Shown here: positions 10,451 through 20,044 of the stretch, in pieces
How the letters are laid out: each line of letters opens with the position of its first letter
How positions within the stretch are numbered: position 1 is the stretch's first letter
Assembly (NCBI GenBank): GCA_028909515.1
Contig: GCA_028909515.1_4811.1
Source: a phage
Direction: 5' to 3' (one strand)
DNA length: 64,000 nucleotides
The notes under the pieces: model-generated
What the model was told of the DNA's origin: nothing
The model's database searches: none
What the model saw: only the letters and a program-made list of their open reading frames with translations
Program-made: the position numbers and the translations under genes

Positions 10451-11989
10451 TTAAATAAGAACGTCACGACCTTCAACGCGACGCACAGCATCATCTTTAG
10501 AGTAGATTAGCGTGTATGTTGCATAGTATTCGGTGCGGTTATCGGAAGTGGTTTCAGTGTCAAAATCGACAGTCAACCAATAGCCGATAGTCTCAACCTG
10601 CCGCCAAGCAGTGTTGTCACCGGAAGTTTGCGTGATGTACTGTTTCTGGATTTCCGTCAGCGCCTTACCGACAGAGATGGTGCCGTTAACCTTCGCGTTG
10701 TCAACAGCAACTTGAATCATGGCTTGTACAGTCGCTTTGCCTTCTTCGTTCGCAGGCACGCGACCAAGATTCAAGAACATGCTGAACAGCTGAGAAGTGA
10801 TAGCAGATTTAAGCCACATCTCGTTGGCATAAGTGTTCATGTCAACTGCTGCGGTAGACCCGCCCATCAGAACGCCACGCTGGAAGAAGGCGAGCGTTTG
10901 ACCAGCTTGCTGAGTAGCGCCGATATAGTTTGCACGGTTTTGATCAGCAGTATCTGCGCGTGAATCAGTCGATACAGTAACATTTCGAGTGTCAAACTGA
11001 TAATACATGTAGTTTTGAGTTGCGTTTACAGTATTATAGTTTGTCGCTGCGAGAATTTCAGCAGGTGCCTGGTCGATGTAATCATTCGCAAGGTTGGTTG
11101 CACGGATCATCATGCCAACGCCTGAGTAACCTTTCAGCGCGGTATAGTATGAGCCGATGTTGGCGAATGCAGTCGAGAACAGATACATGTACATATTGTT
11201 CTGCGAGTGAGTCCAAGCTGCAACAGCTGTGATTTCTTCCAGCGTTCGGTCTGCTCCAGCGAAAAGGAATGAGCCAAAGTTGTTGGAAATCTCTACAGAT
11301 GCCGCGATGGCTTCTACCGGACTTGCTACACCCTGACCAGCGACCGTAACGGTGCCAGTAGTCGTCCAACCAAGCGCCTGAGATGGGTCTGTCGGTTGAC
11401 CTGTTACGTTAATCGAAAGGTTTCCAGCGCCAGCGGTCGACGGGGCGGCTTCCAAAGTGAACTGCTGGGTGTTGGCATTCCAATACACTTCTGCATCAGC
11501 AAGTGCAGGCACCGACGTGCCACCTTCTGCTGCAAACTTGGTGTTGATTGCCGTTTCCAAAAGTTCCGCTACATTGGCAAGGCTTGTTGCCGCTGAAAGG
11601 TTGATGGCGTCAGTCAGGTAATCTGTGCCGTCATAAGTAATACTTAAGATAGCGCCAGTGAATGCCTGAAAAGTAGCAAGTGTTTTAGGCTCAGTATCGC
11701 CGATAACCATTGCAGGAATCGCCGTGGATACAACGCGAGAAAAGCTGATTGAATCAGGCGAGTTGATTTGCTTGCTGATGAATCCAAAATACAGTGCTGC
11801 GCGCTTGTATTCTTCGGAAGAAAAACCGAAATATGATCCAACGGCATCAGCAGTTGAAAATTCTGCTACAATGCCTGGCGGCAGAACTGTATTGGAAGTC
11901 ATGATGCGAAGCGACAGTTTGCGAACTGCAACAGCCGCGCCTGCTCCGACCCCTGATACAATTTTAATATAACGAGATTGACTGATCAC
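10451..11989 (-). CDS. Tail sheath-like protein
   Basis: 512 aa ORF immediately upstream of the tube gene. Size and order fit a contractile tail; no motif verified. Confidence 0.45.
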   Translation of the reverse strand: MISQSRYIKIVSGVGAGAAVAVRKLSLRIMTSNTVLPPGIVAEFSTADAVGSYFGFSSEEYKRAALYFGFISKQINSPDSISFSRVVSTAIPAMVIGDTEPKTLATFQAFTGAILSITYDGTDYLTDAINLSAATSLANVAELLETAINTKFAAEGGTSVPALADAEVYWNANTQQFTLEAAPSTAGAGNLSINVTGQPTDPSQALGWTTTGTVTVAGQGVASPVEAIAASVEISNNFGSFLFAGADRTLEEITAVAAWTHSQNNMYMYLFSTAFANIGSYYTALKGYSGVGMMIRATNLANDYIDQAPAEILAATNYNTVNATQNYMYYQFDTRNVTVSTDSRADTADQNRANYIGATQQAGQTLAFFQRGVLMGGSTAAVDMNTYANEMWLKSAITSQLFSMFLNLGRVPANEEGKATVQAMIQVAVDNAKVNGTISVGKALTEIQKQYITQTSGDNTAWRQVETIGYWLTVDFDTETTSDNRTEYYATYTLIYSKDDAVRRVEGRDVLI

Positions 11990-12001
11990 GTCGGTGTCCT
12001 C

Positions 12002-12487
12002 TTATTTAATGACTTGGCTGCTGACAGATTGCCACATGAGGCTGGTGTGAATCAAAGGTTTGTCGAATCCTTTCACACGTACAGTATATCTGGCGTTTGG
12101 CTGCCACGGTCCGTTTTTAATTGATTCGACAATCTTTGCTTCCATCGCAAGCCCAATTTGACCCAATGCCTGTCTAGCGTCTATTTTACCGGAAAAAATT
12201 TTTTTAGCAATTTTATTCTCTATTTCACTGCGCTCACTAACGAATAATTCATAGGCGTATCTCATGAATGGTCTGGGTGGCACTTCTACCCTGACTGGTC
12301 CTTGTCCAAAGTTCAAAACGGCTATGTGACCAAATTCATTAAGCCGCGCAACTTCTGACACCAGAATACCTTCTCCACCAGTTTCTGAAGGGTATCTGGT
12401 AGAGTCAAACCATCCTGCCTCAACAGTAAGACCCTTCATTGATTGAAGCGCCTTTATCTGTTTTTCTATCATTTTTGATTTTGTCAT
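12002..12487 (-). CDS. Neck or tail completion protein
   Basis: 161 aa ORF between the head and tail blocks. Confidence 0.35.
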   Translation of the reverse strand: MTKSKMIEKQIKALQSMKGLTVEAGWFDSTRYPSETGGEGILVSEVARLNEFGHIAVLNFGQGPVRVEVPPRPFMRYAYELFVSERSEIENKIAKKIFSGKIDARQALGQIGLAMEAKIVESIKNGPWQPNARYTVRVKGFDKPLIHTSLMWQSVSSQVIK

Positions 12488-12488
12488 A

Positions 12489-13070
12489 TCACACCGGAAT
12501 ATCGCCTAAATCGTTATTAACAGCTCTTGCAACAGCAGGCGTGTCAATTGAAATTGCGTTTCTGTGAAGGATTACCAAATCAAAAGAAGGGAATGATTCA
12601 AACTGCGACATGTCGTCATAGAACTTTTCATTGTTGTTCATGTCGACTCTATATACTGAAGCCTGATGCTTTTTAAACCAATCCCTTAAATTAGCCTTGT
12701 GGGTTATGAATCTTGCCAAATAAGTCAAAACGTCATTAGCCGTAGGCTTTTCTGGATTGCCAGGGACTTCTGGGAATAAGCCGCTAATTTGAAAACGTGT
12801 TGCGTATATCTGATCTTCAATATCTTTAAATTTGCCATTAACGAATTGAGATTCATCATTGACAAATTCATTCTTTCTCATCGACCAACCGAATGGAACT
12901 GAGAATAAAAGGTTAAACCAAATCTGATCACCAGTCGGAATGCCCTGCTGAGTCGGTTGGTATTTTTTCTGGACCGGAACAGCAGAAAGGTCTGCACGAC
13001 TATACGCCGCCAGACCTTCTTCAATTCGCGTTGCCAGCATGTCAATCAGGTCGACATCTGTCATATACAC
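12489..13070 (-). CDS. Neck or head-tail joining protein
   Basis: 193 aa ORF. Confidence 0.35.
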   Translation of the reverse strand: MYMTDVDLIDMLATRIEEGLAAYSRADLSAVPVQKKYQPTQQGIPTGDQIWFNLLFSVPFGWSMRKNEFVNDESQFVNGKFKDIEDQIYATRFQISGLFPEVPGNPEKPTANDVLTYLARFITHKANLRDWFKKHQASVYRVDMNNNEKFYDDMSQFESFPSFDLVILHRNAISIDTPAVARAVNNDLGDIPV

Positions 13071-13071
13071 C

Positions 13072-13458
13072 TCAAGTAGACACTGGAAAGCTTTGTTTTA
13101 CTTCCACGGCAAGGCAAGACGTCCAACCATCTTGGTCAAACCATGTCGTTTCATCTTCCATCTTGTACGTTTTGCCACCAAACACGAAATAGTCGCCGGA
13201 AGCGTCGCGGTCAAGGTCAACAATGTCTTTGTCCACCCAGATTTTGACATAGTTCTTTTGAAGCTCTAATCCAAGCTCAACGTATTGGTTTCGAAGAACA
13301 GCCTGCACCGAAGCAAGTAGGGTGATTGGTTCTTCATATGTAGTTACATAGTTGCGCATCTTATCAAGGGTGCGCCCCTTGTACATGTAATATTGAATCG
13401 GTTGGCGACCGATGACCTTTGTCGCAACTCGATATAAGTTTACGCCAGGAATCCTCAC
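13072..13458 (-). CDS. Head-tail connector protein
   Basis: 128 aa ORF. Confidence 0.35.
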   Translation of the reverse strand: MRIPGVNLYRVATKVIGRQPIQYYMYKGRTLDKMRNYVTTYEEPITLLASVQAVLRNQYVELGLELQKNYVKIWVDKDIVDLDRDASGDYFVFGGKTYKMEDETTWFDQDGWTSCLAVEVKQSFPVST

Positions 13459-13919
13459 CAGAATACCCCACCAATTTTACGAAATCCTTCGCGCTCTGGA
13501 AGCCCACCGAATGACAAGCCGCCAACGGCCAGTGCTTGAAGAAGCGCCCACAACGCCATGCCATAAGGAGTGCTTGACAGCCAGTATTCCCAGCCATCAC
13601 TCGCAGGCGGCGCAACTTTGTTCACTGTGATGTCACCAATTGTTGCGCCAGTCACGAAGCCGCCTTGTTCAACTCCGTCACCAGAAGACACAGACACTTG
13701 CTGGTCTGCGGCTATGCATAAAAGATGAGCCGTCATATATTCCAATGCCAGCTCCAATTTACTGCCATTTAAAACACGACAAGGACTGTCTTGTGATTCA
13801 ATAAATTCACATGCCATGTCATAGAATACTTGAAGTGTTGTGTCAGGAAATTTAACCTGATCGGCAAACTGTGGAAATTTAATTCTGAACTTTTCGTAAT
13901 CTAATGACATGGCATTCAC
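13455..13919 (-). CDS. Head-tail connector or head completion protein
   Basis: 154 aa ORF, 4 nt overlap with the next gene. Confidence 0.35.
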   Translation of the reverse strand: MNAMSLDYEKFRIKFPQFADQVKFPDTTLQVFYDMACEFIESQDSPCRVLNGSKLELALEYMTAHLLCIAADQQVSVSSGDGVEQGGFVTGATIGDITVNKVAPPASDGWEYWLSSTPYGMALWALLQALAVGGLSFGGLPEREGFRKIGGVFW

Positions 13920-13924
13920 CTTAT

Positions 13925-14389
13925 TTAAACGCGGAATAAATCATCGTCTTGGTCGCCGCTCAATTTTACCTTGATGCGCTTGTCAGCAGTTTCACGCGTC
14001 ATAGGCGCAAACGGGTCGTCTGACATGCCGCGAACTTCTTTAGCGACGGCCTTGTGATTGCCAACAATGTCGTGATTTACGACTTTCACCAAACCTTTTT
14101 CAAGATGCTGCTTAAACACGTGATGGTCTTTAAGATGCTCAAAATCTGCATCGCTTACAACGGTGACGATTCCTTCAGGAGTCCACAAAGGTGCACCATC
14201 AGCGCCTTTTGCCATTTCACCAAAGCCGGAAGTTGCTGAAGTAAGACCAGCGCCGCCTTTGATCAGAATTTGTTTGCGGATATTTGGAAGAGCGCCTGAA
14301 CCAGCTTTTGCATTCGGGTTTTCTTTCACTTCCGTATAGAAGGTGTAGTTAACTGACATAGACATAGTTGAAACGATGTATTTTGACAT
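13925..14389 (-). CDS. Capsid-associated protein
   Basis: 154 aa ORF directly downstream of the putative major capsid gene. Confidence 0.35.
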   Translation of the reverse strand: MSKYIVSTMSMSVNYTFYTEVKENPNAKAGSGALPNIRKQILIKGGAGLTSATSGFGEMAKGADGAPLWTPEGIVTVVSDADFEHLKDHHVFKQHLEKGLVKVVNHDIVGNHKAVAKEVRGMSDDPFAPMTRETADKRIKVKLSGDQDDDLFRV

Positions 14390-14504
14390 TTTGTAGTCCT
14401 ATTTATATAAGCCTCAGATAAGCCCCTACAGCCCTTGAGGTCTATTGATATGGGGCGAAGCCTTTCGACCACGCCCCATGTGTTTTACTGTGTAATCACA
14501 GCAA

Positions 14505-15644
14505 TTAAATACCAGTCATACGGACGACTGCGAAAGGACGCTTGAGCAGAACGCCTGCTGTTGCGTTTGCGTAGTCTTCAACGTAGCTCTTAGCACGCTT
14601 TTCAACGCCCAGAGTCATGAACTTGGTCTGAACCAGCTGACTGAATACGGAACCATCATCGCTTGAACCATCGATTGAGGAATCGATGTGATCAGCGTAC
14701 AGGTATGCCACGTTCAAGAAAGTCGGGTCGCTGCCAAGTGCGCCGTTGAGTTCCGGTGCAGACTTGATCTTCATCTTCGGATAAGTCTGAGTGATCCAGT
14801 CACGTACAGAAATACCGAAGTCAGTGGTGTTGGACAGCCAATCGATAGAGTTGGTCGGCAGCGCCAGAGTCATGTCAACCTTCTCTGGATCAATCTGGTC
14901 CTGAGAGTTCACACGAATTTGACGAACCATCAAACGGATGTCTGCAGTCACCTGCTGGAAGGTCGCAGTAGCCCAGCCGGAAGTGGTGTTGGAAGTCATC
15001 GCCGCTGGCAGGTTTGGATCATTCAGGAAGCCGAACGTGCGGTTGTTCCCGTTGTACCAACCATAGAAGCCGATTGCGTTACGCATGATTTCCAGAGACA
15101 CAGCAGCCTGCTGGCGCTTGGTTTCTGCGGAGTTCAGACGCATCGCAGACGCGCGGCCTTCTTCCAGCATACCAACTGCCATACCCATTTCGCCACGAAC
15201 GATAGAGCGACGTTCAAAGTTTACGTTCCAGCTTGCCAGAGGAATAGCGGTGAAATCACCATATTCAACTGCGGTGCCAGCTGGTTCAACGATTCCCTGA
15301 ACGATTTCTGCATCTTCCCACTGGCCAACGGTATCAATACCAACCAGCTCGTCGATTTTACGAGCGGCGGTCATGATTTTGACGAAGCCAGGCAACCACT
15401 GCTGCAGGAACTGCAACGGGGTCGGGATTGACGGAGTGGTCTGCGGCGCAGTAAACGCGGCGTCACCTACGCGGAAAGCGCCTGCACGGTTTAAGTGCTC
15501 AATCTGATCACGCACAATCGCGGAATCAAAAACAATACCGATACGAGCAAGCTGGGAAACAGCCGCGTCGGTAACGGATTGCATATCAAAAGGGCGCACC
15601 TTGCTCGCTGGGAGGCGAGAGTGTGTTTGGCTAATGCGAGTCAT
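14505..15644 (-). CDS. Major capsid protein (putative)
   Basis: 379 aa. ATG at 15644 with AGGTGA upstream. Followed by a 115 bp structured intergenic region. Assigned from size and position after the scaffold gene. Confidence 0.5.
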   Translation of the reverse strand: MTRISQTHSRLPASKVRPFDMQSVTDAAVSQLARIGIVFDSAIVRDQIEHLNRAGAFRVGDAAFTAPQTTPSIPTPLQFLQQWLPGFVKIMTAARKIDELVGIDTVGQWEDAEIVQGIVEPAGTAVEYGDFTAIPLASWNVNFERRSIVRGEMGMAVGMLEEGRASAMRLNSAETKRQQAAVSLEIMRNAIGFYGWYNGNNRTFGFLNDPNLPAAMTSNTTSGWATATFQQVTADIRLMVRQIRVNSQDQIDPEKVDMTLALPTNSIDWLSNTTDFGISVRDWITQTYPKMKIKSAPELNGALGSDPTFLNVAYLYADHIDSSIDGSSDDGSVFSQLVQTKFMTLGVEKRAKSYVEDYANATAGVLLKRPFAVVRMTGI

Positions 15645-15658
15645 TATTCACCTGCCTA

Positions 15659-16276
15659 TTAACGAGTCAATTGTACAATGGTATAAGTGGAAGACTGGAC
15701 GCTTGGGCCGGAAAGGGCAATAGCAGTCGGGTCAATCACGATACCGCCTGGAATGGCAACCATGCCAGTTGGCAGTGAGCCAGTATAGGCGATAATTGCA
15801 CCGATAGGCAAGTTGTTCGGGTTGTTGCCGCTGGAAATGCCTTTAGGTACATAAGCGAGCAGGTCGCCGTAGTTCAGCGTCTGCGGACTGGTGCCAGGGT
15901 TGAATACTTCAACTACGAGGCCCGTGCACATATCGTAAAACTCGCCTTCGCTATATTGAGGCAGAACCATGCTGGCACCCAAAGGACCAGTAGAGTTGCC
16001 ATACAGAGCGTAACGCTTGCTGTTGCCAAGGATGCCATAATAATTGGTGCCGCCCAGTTCAACTTCAAAGTCCTGCGCGCCCAATGTTTTGGTTTGACCA
16101 GTACCCATCAAGGATACGTCAGCCTTAAAACCGAACACACGGCTGATGGCGTTTACGTTTGCGCCTTCGTTGGCGTTGGCAATTCGGCCTGGCTTCCCAC
16201 GCTGTGGGCCGTCGCGAACGATGTCGCCAGGAAAGCCAGTTGTATATTGACGGCCTACACTAGTTTGGAAAGTCAT
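15659..16276 (-). CDS. Capsid decoration or head protein
   Basis: ORF track gives 15659-16297. Internal ATG at 16276 has an AGGGGA site and sits just after the scaffold stop. Confidence 0.4.
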   Translation of the reverse strand: MTFQTSVGRQYTTGFPGDIVRDGPQRGKPGRIANANEGANVNAISRVFGFKADVSLMGTGQTKTLGAQDFEVELGGTNYYGILGNSKRYALYGNSTGPLGASMVLPQYSEGEFYDMCTGLVVEVFNPGTSPQTLNYGDLLAYVPKGISSGNNPNNLPIGAIIAYTGSLPTGMVAIPGGIVIDPTAIALSGPSVQSSTYTIVQLTR

Positions 16277-16278
16277 GT

Positions 16279-17700
16279 TTATTCCCCTTTCAACCAAGCT
16301 TCAAATGCTTCGTCAGTTGCTGCAGAATCCGCAGCGGCCTTTTGTTTTGCGACTACACGCTGTTTTTGACCGTGTTCAACGCCGCGCAGATAGTTATCCA
16401 CCACGTCAAACTCAGCACCATCAACGCACTTCAAGCCTAACTTTTTAGCGCCATATTTCGCTACGGACTTGGAATCCATAGTTGCATGATCAAAGGCACC
16501 AACAACTTTAGACAGGCGCTGGTAGAGGCTATTCTTACGAGCAGAATCAGCGTAGAAAGCAGCAACTGCTGAATCAGATGCCATTGAGTGTTCCCCTTTT
16601 GCTGGACCTGGCGACGCTTTCGCCGCTTTTGTCGGTTTGTCATCTTTTTCGACCGAAGCCCCCTTTACGTTGCTGTTTTGCAGGCCGCTAACCACATCTT
16701 CAGCTTTGTCGCAAGGTGATACATCTTCAGCCTTGACTTCAACTTCTTCTTCGTCTTTGACTTCGGCTTCAACTTCTTCTTCATCACCTACCGCGCCACC
16801 TTTCAGTTTTGCAATAAGCGCTTCGATTTGGCTGATCAATTGCGGAAGTTCGCCGCCAGCGTGAGATTCAGTTTCAACTTCAAACTTCTCTTCACCTTCT
16901 GGGGTTTCTTCTGCTTCTGCCTTGACTTCTGGATCAACCATTACTTCTTCACGATTTTCGGTTGAGTCCTTCTCTTCTGCTTTCACTTCAACTTCATCCT
17001 GATGAGCAGCTTCAGTGCTCTCTTCGTTCAGAAATTGTTCGAGCGCAGGGATCAGTGATTTCAGCTGTTCAACAGCATTATCACGCGCTTTACCTTTTAA
17101 CGGTTTTGGCATGTCTAAATCCTCGTTGGATGGTGTTACAGTCGTCAAACAAAGATGGTCAAAGCAACGACCATCCAGCACCCGTGCACCTGGTACTCGA
17201 CCAACGTCCACGAGAGCAATGTGGTTGCCGCGAAGAGTTGTCTGCACCACTTCATACGGCTGCCCGTCAAACTCTCCAGACTGTATGATGAATTCACAGT
17301 CATAGCCCAAAGACAAGTCAACCTTTCCAGAATCGATGGCCTTCTTCAGACGACGGCTAAACACTTTAAGGTCGCCGCGCATCCATGGCTTGTCATAATA
17401 AACATTGCCAGTCAGAACGCCATCAACGCCATACTCTTCGGGTGCTGTGTTATCCTCATCACCTTCAAATCCAGAAAGCATTTCGTGATTGTCGATGAAA
17501 GGGATATTTTTGAATGAATCTATCGCTTCGGGGTCTTTCACCGCTGACTCAGGGCGATAGACTTTTACGATGCGATTCGGATCACCATCAAGACCAACTT
17601 GACCAGCAGAATAATCAAAAATGCCAAATGACGAAATTGGACAACCCATAATCGTCAAGAATCCATTTTTGTCAATTTCGCGTGCCGTTTGCATTCGCAT
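16279..17700 (-). CDS. Prohead scaffold protein, possibly fused to a protease
   Basis: 473 aa. Globular N-terminal ~200 aa, then a long E/K/A-rich acidic stretch typical of scaffolds. GAGGGTGG site upstream. Confidence 0.45.
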   Translation of the reverse strand: MRMQTAREIDKNGFLTIMGCPISSFGIFDYSAGQVGLDGDPNRIVKVYRPESAVKDPEAIDSFKNIPFIDNHEMLSGFEGDEDNTAPEEYGVDGVLTGNVYYDKPWMRGDLKVFSRRLKKAIDSGKVDLSLGYDCEFIIQSGEFDGQPYEVVQTTLRGNHIALVDVGRVPGARVLDGRCFDHLCLTTVTPSNEDLDMPKPLKGKARDNAVEQLKSLIPALEQFLNEESTEAAHQDEVEVKAEEKDSTENREEVMVDPEVKAEAEETPEGEEKFEVETESHAGGELPQLISQIEALIAKLKGGAVGDEEEVEAEVKDEEEVEVKAEDVSPCDKAEDVVSGLQNSNVKGASVEKDDKPTKAAKASPGPAKGEHSMASDSAVAAFYADSARKNSLYQRLSKVVGAFDHATMDSKSVAKYGAKKLGLKCVDGAEFDVVDNYLRGVEHGQKQRVVAKQKAAADSAATDEAFEAWLKGE

Positions 17701-17788
17701 CCACCCTCAAATAAGTATTGTGTATTATATCTAATGAAAAAAACTTAGGCAAACAATAATTATGGTTTGAATATGTATAACAACCGAT

Positions 17789-18090
17789 ATAGCCGCGCCT
17801 TTATTAGTGTGATACGGATGATACGGATAAAATGAGGCGTATTTTTATCCGTATCGGTGTATAAGCCGCGCTATCACTGGTGTGCTACGGATGATACGGA
17901 TGATACGGATACTTTTCATATATAAGAGTTTATAAAAAAATAAAATTAAATTAGATATATAATTTTAAATTAATTTATTTGAATTCCTATATAGTACGGC
18001 GGCAACGCGTATCATCCGTATCATCCGTAAGATTCTTTTGAAAACAACAACTTACTTGATACGGATGATACGTCATTATACGTATAAAAC
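17789..18090. repeat. Iteron-like locus 1: 9 bp ACGGATGAT repeats in both orientations around an AT-rich core
   Basis: A ~40 bp unit ending in TACGGATGATACGGAT occurs twice as a direct repeat. A 9 bp-stem hairpin lies between the copies. An AT-rich core at 17913-17995 is followed by inverted copies GTATCATCCGTATCATCCG. Confidence 0.6.
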
Positions 18091-18116
18091 TTGCGGCAAT
18101 CCTTTGCCGATGAATT

Positions 18117-18253
18117 CAGTGAATATTAAATAGCACTCCTGCCACTAAAACGCCAATCAACATCGAGTCATAAACAGCCCATTTCCAAGAAAGCAAAGAG
18201 TTGCAATTAATATTTCGCACTTTAACATAACGTGACTGAATAATCTTTTGCAT
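18117..18253 (-). CDS. Small membrane protein (46 aa)
   Basis: Not in the ORF track. ATG preceded by AAAGAGGAAG, overlapping the stop of the fiber-repeat gene. Hydrophobic C-terminal half. Confidence 0.3.
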
Positions 18254-18263
18254 AACTTCCTCT

Positions 18264-19184
18264 TTAGTTCAGCTTAATTGCGGTGATCTGTCCGTAAACG
18301 GTAGATGTCAACGCGTCGGTGCACTGATAGTTTAAATACACATTACCAGGCGCGGCAAGAGTAATTACTTTTGTTGGGATGTTGCCGCCGAAGCGACCTG
18401 CAGCCCGAATGCCAGCTGACATGGCAAATGCATCATCCGTAATATCTGAATTGCTTGTTGACAATTTGACTGTAATTCCGGTATTCGCTTGAACGCCTGC
18501 TGTCGCGACAGTCAACTGACTTGCTGTTACAAGCCATTTCCCTGCAGGAAGGTTTAAGGTTGCCAGATTGACCAAAGTTGTTGGAGGATTGCTGACGCTA
18601 TTAGTGGCATTCTGGACGGTACTTGCTGCTGCATTAAGCACACCAGACCCATCAATTGATAGAGTTGTACCGACCTTTACGCCGCCTAAAGTAGATGCTG
18701 AGGCAATCGGCAATGAGTATTGGGTGACGCTGATTGTTCCATCGCCTGCGACGCTTATTCCGGTGCCTATTTTGACGCCACCAAGAACGGAGGCTGTTGC
18801 CGCTGGTAACGTGTATTGGTTGCCGCTGGTTTTCACAACTTTGACCGCGACAGCGTTTTTCGACCCTCCAGACTCCATGCCTATAATCACTGCTTCGCCA
18901 AAAGCAATGGTGATTGTTGATGCAGTCAAGCCAGTTTGAACGTCTGTGATGTTCATCTTAGGCACAGACAATGTCAGGTTAGGCTTGCTGGTCGAATCGC
19001 CATCATTGCCAATCATAAAGAATTGACCTACTGAGTTATACCCTGATGCAAGCGGCGGGCTCAGTGGAACAATCAAGTTTTTATCAGAAGTGAATTCTGA
19101 GACAATTGCCAAGCCATTAGCATACACTGCAGGCAAGACTGGAGTTTGTCCAGATAGAGGGAATGTGTTGATTGGTATCGTCAT
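18264..19184 (-). CDS. Fiber-repeat protein inside the head module
   Basis: ORF track gives 18264-19277 from a GTG. ATG at 19184 has a GAGGT site and follows the MuF stop. Two repeats: TLPAATASVLGGVKIGTGISVAGDGTISV and SLPIASASTLGGVKVGTTLSIDGSGVLNA. Confidence 0.5.
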   Translation of the reverse strand: MTIPINTFPLSGQTPVLPAVYANGLAIVSEFTSDKNLIVPLSPPLASGYNSVGQFFMIGNDGDSTSKPNLTLSVPKMNITDVQTGLTASTITIAFGEAVIIGMESGGSKNAVAVKVVKTSGNQYTLPAATASVLGGVKIGTGISVAGDGTISVTQYSLPIASASTLGGVKVGTTLSIDGSGVLNAAASTVQNATNSVSNPPTTLVNLATLNLPAGKWLVTASQLTVATAGVQANTGITVKLSTSNSDITDDAFAMSAGIRAAGRFGGNIPTKVITLAAPGNVYLNYQCTDALTSTVYGQITAIKLN

Positions 19185-19191
19185 AATGACC

Positions 19192-20043
19192 TCAGATAAT
19201 TGGTATTTTCCTGCATTTGCAGTGTATTGCCCATCCAGGAGGACCGATGTCACCCTTTTTGAACTTAAGTTCTCCACCTACTTCCCATAAGCGTTTGTCA
19301 TCAAGCTTGAATCTCATGCCGTCGACGTGCTCATGTGATATTCGCGGCTCTTTGCCTGCTCCTGAATGCGCCCACTCAAATTCCTCAACGCCATTCTGTC
19401 GCATCCTTTCATCACTTAATACGCAATAAAGTTTGCTCGTTTGGTCTTTGGCGATAAGGTCTACGCGTTTTGCAGAGAAGTGTTTTACATTCCTTAGTGC
19501 CGCCTGAATGCCTGACGTGCCTTGTTGCGCTGGGTCTGGCGAAGTCAGCGAAAGCATCACCGCTTCGTACACCCTGTTGTGAATATCTTCGCCAACCTTA
19601 GTCACTAAAGTCGTGTTGAACGTCTCGCTTGTTTTAAGAGTGTTCTCAACGAATTTATTATATGTGGCTTTTGGCGCTTCTATTCCTGCAGATTTAAGAC
19701 TTGCAAATGTAGCAGAAGTGGCACCCTTTTCAACTGACTTGATGAAATCTGCGGCAATCTTTGACCCGACACGGGCGAAAGCCTTTGCCCATTTCAGTTG
19801 CAGTCGCTTCATCAAGGTCTGAAAAGTTGAATCAGCAGAGTCTTGCGCAAAGAACTTTTTAACCTGCTTCTTTTCAAGCCACTCAGCAATTCCTGCTTGA
19901 TAGTCGTCAATCATCGCATAGCAAAGACCTTTCATCTCACGACGATAGGCCATCGCAATAGCATTGGATGGGATTATCGGACTGCCGCGCCCGATTCTAT
20001 CGGGTGAGCGGCGTTCACGTTTTTTCGAAGCTTTAAAAGCCAT
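19192..20043 (-). CDS. MuF-like minor head (head morphogenesis) protein
   Basis: C-terminal motif HEHVDG...PGWAIHCKCRKIP resembles the MuF/SPP1 gp7 family. ATG at 20043 overlaps the portal stop. Confidence 0.6.
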   Translation of the reverse strand: MAFKASKKRERRSPDRIGRGSPIIPSNAIAMAYRREMKGLCYAMIDDYQAGIAEWLEKKQVKKFFAQDSADSTFQTLMKRLQLKWAKAFARVGSKIAADFIKSVEKGATSATFASLKSAGIEAPKATYNKFVENTLKTSETFNTTLVTKVGEDIHNRVYEAVMLSLTSPDPAQQGTSGIQAALRNVKHFSAKRVDLIAKDQTSKLYCVLSDERMRQNGVEEFEWAHSGAGKEPRISHEHVDGMRFKLDDKRLWEVGGELKFKKGDIGPPGWAIHCKCRKIPII

Positions 20044-20044
20044 A

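Noticed and set aside
14390-14504. GC-rich inverted repeats directly after the major capsid gene as a terminator
   Set aside because: Hairpins can be drawn (for example GGGGCG...CGCCCC), but no U-tract follows on the transcribed strand. Left as a possible attenuator only.
14688-15431. 247 aa plus-strand ORF inside the major capsid gene
   Set aside because: Antisense to a gene that fits the operon structure. It has no ribosome-binding site and has Arg/His-rich composition typical of an out-of-frame artifact.
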